Both the position numbers and the translations under genes were made by a program. Below the pieces are notes generated by a model. The model did not search any database and was not told where the DNA came from. It saw only the letters and a list, made by a program, of their open reading frames with translations. Below, piece after piece: positions 9,689-17,904 of a DNA stretch of 47,456 bases (positions are counted from its first letter, which is position 1; each line of letters starts with the position of its first letter). Location: IMG/VR virus record IMGVR_UViG_3300020045_011880, positions 1 to 47,456 of that record; one strand, written 5' to 3'. This DNA is from a virus. Taxonomy: Duplodnaviria; Caudoviricetes.

Positions 9689-9949
9689 ATGAAAACAATC
9701 TGGAAATTTCCACTTCAGGTAACTGATGAGCAGTATATTGAAATGCCTATCTTTCCGCAGATATTAGATGTTCAGGTTCAGGATGGCATTCCTTGTTTGT
9801 GGGTTTTGGTAGATCCGGTTTATCAAAAAAAACCAAAGAAAATCATTACACACGGCACCGGCCATGATGTTCCGGTGGCAACTGGCAATTATATTGCGAC
9901 CTATCAATTGTCATGCGGCCTAGTTTTTCATGTGTTCGAGGAGGCTTAA
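9689..9949 (+). CDS. Conserved small phage protein
   Basis: Strong SD aggagagg; MKTIWKFPL...GTGH...LVFHVFE pattern. Confidence 0.8.
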   Translation: MKTIWKFPLQVTDEQYIEMPIFPQILDVQVQDGIPCLWVLVDPVYQKKPKKIITHGTGHDVPVATGNYIATYQLSCGLVFHVFEEA

Positions 9950-9950
9950 A

Positions 9951-10394
9951 ATTAAAATCCCACCAGGCATACCAATTTACGGCGATATCCTTTATCGCGA
10001 CAAAAAGTGCCGCCAAGAGTCCAGCGAGCAGCAGGAATATTTCCTGTGGCTCAAGGAAAATCGGCCAAAGCTTCACGCAATCGCGATCCACCCCAAGAAC
10101 GAGGGCAAAAGAAGCTTCCAGCAGGCCGCCCTGGATCGCGCACAGGGGTCATTGAATAAAGGTGCTAGCGATATAATCATACCTGCGCTAATGCCATTTG
10201 TGTGCGAGCTGAAGAGGGTTGATCATACATGCAAGGGCGTTACTATGCGTACAGACCAGGTTGCCTATCTTAATTCCGCCCGCGACATGGGGGCATTCAT
10301 CTGCATAGCCCTGGGTGCAAAGGCAGCAATTGAGGCTACTTTGGCGTGGGAAGTTAAAAATAAGGAATTAATTGTAAAAATAGCTTACAAGTAA
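9951..10394 (+). CDS. VRR-NUC family nuclease (putative resolvase); start codon probably ATT
   Basis: ESSEQ, HPKNEGKR, GASDIII, FVCELKR; SD gaggagg lies 6 nt before ATT 9951. Confidence 0.8.
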   Translation: MKIPPGIPIYGDILYRDKKCRQESSEQQEYFLWLKENRPKLHAIAIHPKNEGKRSFQQAALDRAQGSLNKGASDIIIPALMPFVCELKRVDHTCKGVTMRTDQVAYLNSARDMGAFICIALGAKAAIEATLAWEVKNKELIVKIAYK

Positions 10395-10424
10395 CTTGCA
10401 AGTAGAGATTAAGTGGTTTAATCT
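10381..10424 (+). promoter_or_regulatory. Sigma70-type promoter with tandem 11-bp operator
   Basis: TTGCAA(10396)-17 bp-TAATCT(10419); tagcttacaag/taacttgcaag. Confidence 0.75.
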
Positions 10425-10474
10425 AAATACATGAGCTGAGCAATAACGCGAAGCCGAAAATGGGATGAGTTCAA

Positions 10475-10711
10475 GTGAAAGAATACAAAGTAGTGAGCTT
10501 TGAATTGGTTGAAGAGTTGGCGGTTCAGGTTAGAAAACTTCGCTTTGAGCTTGTTGGCACCAACCCATCCTTATCTGTGGAGGCTCCGCTTAACTGGTTT
10601 ATGGAAGCTTATGGCGCTGGCAAGTATGAATCTATCTTTGTGGTTTGGGATGGCGGTTTAGATGAAATGCAAGGCCGCACTCTTTATGAAGCTTGTTTGA
10701 ATCTATGTTAA
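10475..10711 (+). CDS. Hypothetical protein
   Basis: First ORF after the promoter, GTG start. Confidence 0.65.
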   Translation: MKEYKVVSFELVEELAVQVRKLRFELVGTNPSLSVEAPLNWFMEAYGAGKYESIFVVWDGGLDEMQGRTLYEACLNLC

Positions 10712-10746
10712 CCGCCCAGCAAGGGGCATCACCAGGGGAATAAATC

Positions 10747-11049
10747 ATGGGCACAGTAATCCACACCTCAAGATTCAAAGCAAAGCCAGTCAAGGCAAAG
10801 TCACTTGATGATTGTGAGTTCAAATTCACTTCGGCGCTAGACTCATTCCGCCGCGTTGTGGATAAACTTGAAAGCCGCGTACCGTTTGCGCTGCAAGGCA
10901 GCCATGACCTGATGAAAGCAATTTACTTGTTTGAGGCAAATGGCTGGATAATGCAAATCAAGCATGCCTATTGCACTGACAGCGGCCATATAGCAGGACT
11001 TGATTTGTTAGTCACCAACGAACAGCTACAGGCATTAATGGGGTGCTAA
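10747..11049 (+). CDS. Hypothetical protein
   Basis: 100-aa ORF with SD agggga. Confidence 0.7.
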   Translation: MGTVIHTSRFKAKPVKAKSLDDCEFKFTSALDSFRRVVDKLESRVPFALQGSHDLMKAIYLFEANGWIMQIKHAYCTDSGHIAGLDLLVTNEQLQALMGC

Positions 11050-11050
11050 T

Positions 11051-11188
11051 ATGATTTATTTCGAGGATGGATTTTGGCGCGTAAAAAGAAGAGAGCTGCA
11101 ACCGTTTGATGTTGTAGATTGGGAAAAAGATTTAGCTGCATTCAATGAGTGCATTCGATTAAATGGTGGTGTTTATGCTACAAAGTGA
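11051..11188 (+). CDS. Hypothetical protein (45 aa, not in the ORF track)
   Basis: MIYFEDGFWRVKRR...; fills the gap between neighbours. Confidence 0.5.
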   Translation: MIYFEDGFWRVKRRELQPFDVVDWEKDLAAFNECIRLNGGVYATK

Positions 11189-11531
11189 ACTTCGTGAAAT
11201 ATCTGGCGGCGCTGGGTTAAAGGTCAATAATTTTTCTTTGCTGGATGATATGGAGCAGCATTTTCTTGTGTGCGCCTCGCTAAGAGAAAAAACGATAGAA
11301 GTTTTTTCTGCAATATCCGCATCATTAATTAGCAATGATGGTATTGCTGATGCAATTGATGAGGCTGGCTATCTTACCACCGATATAGATGAATCAGTAT
11401 CATTCCATCACATCAAGACGCTGACATACGAAGCTCTTAAGCCATTAATTCAGGACGCAATAGATGAGTATAATGACTCTATTGATGAGCTGTTAAATGA
11501 GCCACCACGCCCCGCCAGCGATTTTAAATAG
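11175..11531 (+). CDS. Acidic hypothetical protein
   Basis: ORF with ggtggt before ATG 11175. Confidence 0.7.
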   Translation: MLQSELREISGGAGLKVNNFSLLDDMEQHFLVCASLREKTIEVFSAISASLISNDGIADAIDEAGYLTTDIDESVSFHHIKTLTYEALKPLIQDAIDEYNDSIDELLNEPPRPASDFK

Positions 11532-11540
11532 GAGATTGTC

Positions 11541-11894
11541 ATGCAATCACAAAACCAGTTTTATTTCTTGATGTTACTTTGCGTTATCGGCATCAGCATT
11601 GATTCATTATCGTTTGTGCTGTTTTCGATTGGGTTGACTTTAACGGTATCGGTTGCGATTTTTGCGCTTGGGCATAGCCAGCAAGATCCACGGGAGAAGC
11701 TTCGCGGGGCAACGGTTGCTAATCGGGAATACTTGATGGAGATTCATTTGAAAAAGATGGCCAGGAAGTTATCTTTGCATCAAGCCTTAATTGGTCGCGG
11801 AATTAGATTGACTGGAAGGCCAGCTATCGAAAACCCGCATAGCAATGGACTTTTATCAAGATGCGTAATTGTAAATGTGGCAGGGGAGAATTAA
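11541..11894 (+). CDS. Hypothetical membrane protein
   Basis: Two N-terminal hydrophobic segments; SD aggag. Confidence 0.7.
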   Translation: MQSQNQFYFLMLLCVIGISIDSLSFVLFSIGLTLTVSVAIFALGHSQQDPREKLRGATVANREYLMEIHLKKMARKLSLHQALIGRGIRLTGRPAIENPHSNGLLSRCVIVNVAGEN

Positions 11895-11897
11895 ATA

Positions 11898-12071
11898 ATG
11901 TCACTAACCGACGAAACCAAAAAATGGGAGTTTGTGCCATCAATGAATATCCGTGAGCGCGACCACGCCGAGATTGAGCGAAAAACCGCTGAATTTCTGG
12001 CAAAGAAAAAGAAAATATTGGAGGTTCCTGTGGGTGCATCTGCCTATGACGAGCTTACCCTAAAAACCTGA
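11898..12071 (+). CDS. Putative SutA-like RNA polymerase-binding protein (57 aa, not in the ORF track)
   Basis: RERDHAEIERKTAEFLAKKKKILEVPVGAS resembles the SutA core pattern from memory; SD ggggag. Confidence 0.55.
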   Translation: MSLTDETKKWEFVPSMNIRERDHAEIERKTAEFLAKKKKILEVPVGASAYDELTLKT

Positions 12072-12085
12072 ACGAGGCCGCCACC

Positions 12086-12262
12086 ATGTATCAGTGCGCA
12101 CAGGCAGAGGGCAGCGCCGATACTGCTCGGAAAAGGTGCTGGACAGTAAATCTTAAATCCGGCAAAAGCTGCACAATGATTATCGAGGTAGAGTGCTGCG
12201 AAAAAGAAGCATTGCAACACGCTAGAGATAGATTTTTTAATGATGTTTTAATTGTAATTTGA
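12086..12262 (+). CDS. Hypothetical Cys-rich protein (58 aa, not in the ORF track)
   Basis: SD gagg; fills the gap. Confidence 0.55.
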   Translation: MYQCAQAEGSADTARKRCWTVNLKSGKSCTMIIEVECCEKEALQHARDRFFNDVLIVI

Positions 12263-12272
12263 TAGGTGATTT

Positions 12273-12941
12273 ATGGGAAATATAATAACTTCAGAAATGA
12301 TGCTTGAGCTAACCAAAGATATGCCGATGAAGCAGATCGACATTGACGGAACCCCCCAATTATATCGCGGCAATGTTCCTGACAATGCAGTTGATATAGC
12401 TAAGATTGGGCCGCTTCCTATGTATGCGTTTAAAATTCCGTACCTACAACGCTACTACGCCGGAACCTTCCGCGATGGAAAAGACCTATGGTTGCACAGA
12501 TTTCTTAGCAATGACGGCGACAGACACCTTCACTGCCACCCATACAATTTCACCACGGTAATGCTCTGCGGCGGCTATACAGAAGAGTATCGCAACCATG
12601 AAGGCATCAACGAGTGGCGAACCACTAATCCGCACAGCGGAAGCGACATGGCTGAAATATTTCCAGACTATTTGCAGAATCTTGCCAGGTTCAAAGGCTT
12701 CGACTCGCATCTGGCCGCTTCCTATAATTTCATTGGCCATTGCTGTGGCGGCAGAGATATAACGGTTTTTGACTGGCACCGTATCGCAGTGGTTGAGCCT
12801 GAAACCTGGACCGCCATGATAGTTGACCCTCAGCGCCTGCCAATGTGGTTTTTTAATGATGACCATGACAACCTTGAGTCTGTGCGCGGATCGCCTCGCG
12901 ACTGGCACAAAAAATATGGGGCTCGCGATGAGAAAAAATGA
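12273..12941 (+). CDS. Cupin-fold metal-binding protein
   Basis: LHRFLSNDGDRHLHCHPYNF..GGYTEE and a distal WHRI, matching cupin HxH...E...H ligands. Confidence 0.7.
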   Translation: MGNIITSEMMLELTKDMPMKQIDIDGTPQLYRGNVPDNAVDIAKIGPLPMYAFKIPYLQRYYAGTFRDGKDLWLHRFLSNDGDRHLHCHPYNFTTVMLCGGYTEEYRNHEGINEWRTTNPHSGSDMAEIFPDYLQNLARFKGFDSHLAASYNFIGHCCGGRDITVFDWHRIAVVEPETWTAMIVDPQRLPMWFFNDDHDNLESVRGSPRDWHKKYGARDEKK

Positions 12942-13010
12942 TGGCATTATTTTCCCGCTTATTTTTATTTTACTTATCCTGTCCTGCTCTTATGCTGAGT
13001 ATTTATTTCG

Positions 13011-13469
13011 ATGAAAAAAGAAACTAAAGCTGCATACTTAAAGCGCGCCAGGGCATCATTAAAAGGTTTGGTGTTATTCTGGAGTGATGAATGCCCTCTA
13101 ATGGAGGGCTATCACAAAATCTCAGAAACAGGCGTGAGCCATAAAAACCCAACCCAGAAATTAATCTGCCAGGATATGTGGCGGCGCTGCCAGAAATTTA
13201 TTGTTGAGAGTAATTTCACTTGGCACGTATCTGTAAACCTAGTTTACACGTCGACCCGCGATGGACTGGATAAGGTTGACACTGGTATTTTCCGTAAGAC
13301 CTGCGCCATACGCGGTAAAAACAATGGGGAGCTTGATTCTGCGATAGAGGCGTTTATTATTGAGTCCAGGCTTAACAATAATCTTGTCGGCGATGACCTT
13401 GGCCAAGACCACAAAAGCTTTGGCGTTTTCCAGCGCGCAGAATTCACGGCCACCATAGTTGGCGTTTAA
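13011..13469 (+). CDS. Hypothetical protein
   Basis: 152-aa ORF closing the early block. Confidence 0.75.
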   Translation: MKKETKAAYLKRARASLKGLVLFWSDECPLMEGYHKISETGVSHKNPTQKLICQDMWRRCQKFIVESNFTWHVSVNLVYTSTRDGLDKVDTGIFRKTCAIRGKNNGELDSAIEAFIIESRLNNNLVGDDLGQDHKSFGVFQRAEFTATIVGV

Positions 13470-13472
13470 TTA

Positions 13473-13522
13473 TTGGCAAATCCAGCCCTATAGCGTAAAC
13501 TAAGGAAAAATGCTATAGGGTT
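13473..13522 (+). promoter_or_regulatory. Promoter overlapping an RBS-occluding inverted repeat
   Basis: TTGGCA(13473)-17 bp-TAAACT(13496); inverted repeat agccctatagcg / tgctatagggtt. Confidence 0.55.
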
Positions 13523-13527
13523 ATTTT

Positions 13528-13851
13528 ATGCAAAGCCTCAGCCCCCACAAACAGGGCGACACGTTCAGCCTGCTTTATTCTCTCCCCCTGGCCTTCGCCA
13601 ATGTGATTGACACAATCGCACTGCAGTTGCGCCTAAACGATTCTACCCAAACCCTGGTCCAGCAAATAACCGTAACCCGGATTGACGATACCGCGACCGA
13701 TGGCCAGTGGATGCTAACAGCCACGGCAGAGCAAACCTCGCTATGGCCGTTAAAGCTCCTTATTGGCGATATTAAGCACATAACCGCAGACGGCACTGTA
13801 ATCCACTCGGAAACCTTTAAAATCTCAATACTGAAGGCGCAGACAGCATGA
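13528..13851 (+). CDS. BppU-like baseplate/fibre adaptor protein
   Basis: KQGDTF...QLR...TAEQTSLWP...DIKH...HSETFKI pattern. Confidence 0.65.
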   Translation: MQSLSPHKQGDTFSLLYSLPLAFANVIDTIALQLRLNDSTQTLVQQITVTRIDDTATDGQWMLTATAEQTSLWPLKLLIGDIKHITADGTVIHSETFKISILKAQTA

Positions 13852-15125
13852 GCGGAACTATTGGCACAATTACTCAAACAGTTGTCGGAACCACCGAGGT
13901 TCACCGCGTCGAGCTTGCCATTGTTGCTGGCAGCCTGAACGTCTATGGCGATGGCGCATCAAGTATTGGCGATATTGACGGCCTACAGGATGCTCTTGAC
14001 GATAAGCAGCCGCTTGACGTCATACTTTCTGCGACCACGGCACCCTTTACGGTTGAGCTTTACGACAAGCTGGAAGGGATAGAGCCCGGGGCCCAGGTTA
14101 ATGCAGACCCAGATTGGGATGATGTGCAAAGCAAGCCGGTAACATTCCCTTCGGCGATCGCTCTTGTTTCTGGGCTGCAGGCCGAGCTGGACGGCAAGCA
14201 GGCGTCTTTAGGATACACCCCATACAACGCCACTAACCCAGCAGGCTACACCACAAACACCGGAACAGTAACTGCGGTAACCGTAGCGGCAGCCAATGGC
14301 TTTACCGCCAGCGTGGCCAACCAGGGAGCCACCCCCGCGCTGACAATATCGCAGCAAGATGCCACAGCCTCACAAGCTGGCAAGCTGTCTGCCGCAGACT
14401 GGTCCACGTTCAACGCCAAGGCGGTTGCGCCCTACCTGAAAAATATTGTCCTGTGGACACATTCAACAGCAACCAACGGCAACATGCTTGGGTCTACCCT
14501 GACAGGCAATGGTAGTTTTGGGCCCGCAGTGCCAACGGCGGCCGGCAGCATCTGGGCAGGCATGGCGCGCTCACTATATGCCAACGTTGTGACCACCCTA
14601 AATCAGGTATTGGGGGTTAGAACCGGCGAAAGTATTTTTCATGTGGGCAGCGTGGCAGGCAAGGGCGGGTTCACCTACCGCGCACGGTTAGGCATGGAGG
14701 TATGGAATAACTCGGGGAGATTCTTTGCGGGTATTTGCGCGGGAACTAGCCTTGTGGTTACCGCGAACCCAAGCACAAACAACAATTCCTGTGGGTTTTG
14801 TGTAGACGATAATGATTCAGGACTTATCTCATTTGTCACCCGCAACGGAACGACCACCACAAAAACCTCCACTGGCAAAACTATGGTATCCGGCGCGGCC
14901 TTTGATATTGAGATAATTGTCGCACCAAATGGGGCAACTGCAGCCTGGAGCATTCGAGAGATTAATACCTTGGCAAACACGGCGGCAACTGGCACAGCAT
15001 CCGCGACATTGCCTGACAATACAACAATGATGGGCGCTTGCGTTCTGGCGTCCAATGCTGCACTAGCAACCGCAACAGCGGTGCAAATTGGCGTCGTCAC
15101 CATATATGTGCAGACGGATTATTAA
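13848..15125 (+). CDS. Tail/head fibre-like protein with C-terminal beta-sandwich domain
   Basis: Fibre repeats IGDIDGLQDALDDKQ and VSGLQAELDGKQ; KLEGIEPGAQVN; GKLSAADWSTFNAK; Thr/Ala/Gly rich. Confidence 0.75.
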   Translation: MSGTIGTITQTVVGTTEVHRVELAIVAGSLNVYGDGASSIGDIDGLQDALDDKQPLDVILSATTAPFTVELYDKLEGIEPGAQVNADPDWDDVQSKPVTFPSAIALVSGLQAELDGKQASLGYTPYNATNPAGYTTNTGTVTAVTVAAANGFTASVANQGATPALTISQQDATASQAGKLSAADWSTFNAKAVAPYLKNIVLWTHSTATNGNMLGSTLTGNGSFGPAVPTAAGSIWAGMARSLYANVVTTLNQVLGVRTGESIFHVGSVAGKGGFTYRARLGMEVWNNSGRFFAGICAGTSLVVTANPSTNNNSCGFCVDDNDSGLISFVTRNGTTTTKTSTGKTMVSGAAFDIEIIVAPNGATAAWSIREINTLANTAATGTASATLPDNTTMMGACVLASNAALATATAVQIGVVTIYVQTDY

Positions 15126-15138
15126 AATCATCCACTGA

Positions 15139-15170
15139 TAAAAAGAAACCCGCTTTATGCGGGTTTTTTA
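15139..15170. terminator. Bidirectional intrinsic terminator
   Basis: aaacccgc-tttat-gcgggttt flanked by A and T tracts between convergent ORFs. Confidence 0.8.
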
Positions 15171-15322
15171 TTGCGCCGGTATCTGCGCATCTTGCAACGA
15201 GGCAAGCAAATTTTATGACCCTTGTTCTTGGCATGAAAAAACTCATTACACTCAGGACATAAAACCAGATTGGCGCTGCAATATGCGCATTTGCCATCTT
15301 TCGTAACGTGTAAAAGTAACAT
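15155..15322 (-). CDS. Small basic zinc-finger protein
   Basis: SD aggagagg before ATG 15322; CAYC, CPEC, CLPRCKMRRYRR. Confidence 0.65.
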   Translation of the reverse strand: MLLLHVTKDGKCAYCSANLVLCPECNEFFHAKNKGHKICLPRCKMRRYRRNKKPA

Positions 15323-15415
15323 TATTACAGACCTCTCCTTTCTGTATTGGATGCGGATTATAGTCATTTTTCCACGAATGATTTAACCCACAAACAACAC
15401 AGATAGGAGTTTCCC

Positions 15416-16204
15416 ATGGGCATTATAAACGAAGATAATTATGTTGGTCGAGGCTACGGCGGCTTTAGTGGCGGAGAGGGCGGCTTGGGTATTGTTGCGC
15501 TTTTGGCACTACTTGGCGGGCGCGGCCTTGGCGGTGACAGAGGCCGGGACTGCGAACCCGCGCGCGATTGCGTAACCAATGCCACACTGGAGGCATCCTT
15601 GGGCAGCCTGCAGACCTCTCTTGGTAACGCAGCTATCCTGGGCAAGCTGGCAAGCATTGAGGCCGCCGTACCGGCTGCAGAAGCTCAAGTTCAGTTAGCG
15701 CTGAGCGGAGTTGAGTCAACCCTGGTGGCGCAAGCCAACACCAATGTAATGTCAGTTATACAGGGCCAGCATGCGGCAGCCTTGCACTCTTGCGAGTCTT
15801 TCGCGGGTGTTGCGCGAGATATCGCTGCAGTGGATACAAATGTTGATCGCCAAAGCACCGCTATTCAGGTGGCAATTCGAGATGACGGCGAGCGCACCAG
15901 AGCTCTGATTGTTGCCAACCAGATCGCTGAATTGAATCAGCGCCTGACAGTCGCCCAGCTTGAAAATGTTGAGTGCCGCTCTATTAATCGCGAGCAAACC
16001 AATAGCCACAATCAAACTGTGACTATTAACACTTTGCACAACCAGCAGCAATTGCAATTTCAAGAGCAGCGCAATGATGTGGCTACACTTCGCGGCTTGT
16101 TGTTTGAAACCCTGCAAAATATCCGATCCACAAACTCGGCCATCAACATTGGCGGTACTCAGTTGGCAAGCCCAACCAATACCAACTCCAATGTAAAGGC
16201 GTAG
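15416..16204 (+). CDS. Uncharacterised Gly-rich / hydrophobic helix / coiled-coil / QN-rich protein
   Basis: SD aggag; GGLGIVALLALLGG segment, IRDDGERTRALI motif. Confidence 0.85.
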   Translation: MGIINEDNYVGRGYGGFSGGEGGLGIVALLALLGGRGLGGDRGRDCEPARDCVTNATLEASLGSLQTSLGNAAILGKLASIEAAVPAAEAQVQLALSGVESTLVAQANTNVMSVIQGQHAAALHSCESFAGVARDIAAVDTNVDRQSTAIQVAIRDDGERTRALIVANQIAELNQRLTVAQLENVECRSINREQTNSHNQTVTINTLHNQQQLQFQEQRNDVATLRGLLFETLQNIRSTNSAINIGGTQLASPTNTNSNVKA

Positions 16205-16208
16205 CATC

Positions 16209-16421
16209 ATGTTTCACGGAAAGTTTAAAAAAGGCGGTGCGCTGGCTCTTGTCGCGGAAGATTGTGAAGGGGCTATGGCGCTTAAGTACTGGCACAAGGA
16301 AAACCAGGAACACGCTGGCAAATTGATCGAGATTGATACCTCGGTCATGGATGGGGATGGTGAGGCGGAAGCGGTTGAAGTCGCCGAATCAAACCCAGGG
16401 CCAAGGACGGTTCGTAGATAA
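16209..16421 (+). CDS. Hypothetical protein
   Basis: Follows 15416-16204 by 4 nt and ends at the terminator. Confidence 0.65.
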   Translation: MFHGKFKKGGALALVAEDCEGAMALKYWHKENQEHAGKLIEIDTSVMDGDGEAEAVEVAESNPGPRTVRR

Positions 16422-16422
16422 T

Positions 16423-16451
16423 AAAAAAGCCCTCACTGCGAGGGCTTTTTT
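16423..16451. terminator. Bidirectional intrinsic terminator
   Basis: aaaaaagccctc-actgc-gagggctttttt between convergent operons. Confidence 0.88.
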
Positions 16452-16935
16452 ATTGGGGCTTGCAATAATTTGGATGTGATCTTATTTTTATGTCTTCCTG
16501 AAGCTTTTCAATCTGCAATAAATTTAGCTTTATACTTTCTTCGACACCGACACTCCACTCTTCCAGATTTCTAGTGTCGGGCTCGGCGGCGCCATCAGTT
16601 CTGGATTCGCCGGAGCTGGCGTTCGGTAAACTGGGGCAGACTTTAAATTTCCACTGAACCCGCACCCCGCAAGACTGATTATTAATGCAATCACGCATAG
16701 ATTTTGCTTCATTTTCAATAGTCCTCTTTTCGGTTGCGTAGGCTTCTGCCCTAAAATTTGCGCTGACGGCATCTGCGCGCTCTTTTCTGATTATATTATC
16801 GCGGTTTTCAAGATCAGCCCTGGAGGCCGCCAAATCGCTTTTAAGGCCGTCCCTCTCAGAAACTACATAATCATAGCGCCACCAACCTAAAAGCGCTACA
16901 GCAAGCACAGCGGCGGCCACATAGATGCGGATCAT
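16450..16935 (-). CDS. Rz: Inner-membrane spanin (Rz-like)
   Basis: N-terminal TM helix, coiled coil, C-terminal Cys; follows the endolysin. Confidence 0.8.
   Translation of the reverse strand: MIRIYVAAAVLAVALLGWWRYDYVVSERDGLKSDLAASRADLENRDNIIRKERADAVSANFRAEAYATEKRTIENEAKSMRDCINNQSCGVRVQWKFKVCPSLPNASSGESRTDGAAEPDTRNLEEWSVGVEESIKLNLLQIEKLQEDIKIRSHPNYCKPQ
16530..16712 (-). CDS. Rz1: Outer-membrane spanin lipoprotein (Rz1-like), embedded in Rz
   Basis: MKQNLCVIALIISLAGC lipobox, Pro-rich mature part, nested in another frame. Confidence 0.8.
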   Translation of the reverse strand: MKQNLCVIALIISLAGCGFSGNLKSAPVYRTPAPANPELMAPPSPTLEIWKSGVSVSKKV

Positions 16936-17573
16936 GATAGCACCGCAAGCGCACGGTTATAATATTCCTGGCGTTCGGCAAGGCCATTAAACCCGCCATT
17001 AATGATTTTTGTCAGCTTGGTTATGTCGCCCTGGTCAGCATACTGATTTAGGCCATTCAGCGACCAATAACCGCAGGCCGTTCTGATCGCGGTTTCCGGC
17101 TCCTCTGCCAGCCCGGGGGATATGATGAGGTCAACCCCAATCAGCGCGCCCACTCTTGCATAGGCATCGCGACCGGTTATCTGGATCAGGCCGCGCCCCT
17201 TGAACTTCCATCCATCACCACTCGCGGAATCGCCGTTACCCATGCGCGAGGCATAGACGATATTGGCAATCTGCTGGGGTTTTTTCTGGATACTCTGCGC
17301 CAACGCATTAGGCAGGCCGTGACTATCAGCAAAACGGCGAGGCCATGTCTTGGCCAGCCCCTGGGCGCTGTAATTCAGGTTTTCAGATGTGCGGGTAAAC
17401 TCTGCTGACTCATGGCAGCACTGTGCAATAAACGCGGCCAGGCGGCGTTTTGTGGTTATTTGGAATTCAGGCAGGATTTCATTCAGTCGCGCAGCAGTTG
17501 CTGCAATAAATTCATCACTGTGTTTATTCTTGAAAATTGCTTTCAGGCTTTCAGTGCTTAGTAATGTCGTCAC
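16932..17573 (-). CDS. Endolysin, glycoside hydrolase family 19
   Basis: AAFIAQCCHES, ENLNYS, GDGWKFKGRGLIQITGR, TKIINGG. Confidence 0.93.
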   Translation of the reverse strand: MTTLLSTESLKAIFKNKHSDEFIAATAARLNEILPEFQITTKRRLAAFIAQCCHESAEFTRTSENLNYSAQGLAKTWPRRFADSHGLPNALAQSIQKKPQQIANIVYASRMGNGDSASGDGWKFKGRGLIQITGRDAYARVGALIGVDLIISPGLAEEPETAIRTACGYWSLNGLNQYADQGDITKLTKIINGGFNGLAERQEYYNRALAVLS

Positions 17574-17886
17574 TTTCTATCCTCTTTTCAAAGATTTTTT
17601 TGGCTTTCTCGCGAACATAATCAACGCCCATTAGGCTTATCATGCCGCCGACACAGATAGACACGCCACTCGGGAGCTCAAAATAACTTAGCCCCGAAGC
17701 GGCGGCATAGGTAAGGGCCCCGCACATTAAGGATTCAAGCAGCTTTCGCAATGTTTTACCCTCCTTAGCCTCATATAAAATACGAAGCCCAGCAAAGAAA
17801 AAAGCAAAAATTCCAGCTCTCATTTCCGGCGTAAGCAAGGCAAAAAATGCCTGCCAGTTTATGGGGTCTTTTTCTGGCATCTTCAT
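17551..17886 (-). CDS. Holin, lambda S family, with Met-Lys-Met dual start
   Basis: MKMPEKDP N-terminus, three hydrophobic segments, charged C-terminus. Confidence 0.88.
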   Translation of the reverse strand: MKMPEKDPINWQAFFALLTPEMRAGIFAFFFAGLRILYEAKEGKTLRKLLESLMCGALTYAAASGLSYFELPSGVSICVGGMISLMGVDYVREKAKKIFEKRIESDDITKH

Positions 17887-17904
17887 GAGCCCTTACCTGA
17901 ATTG

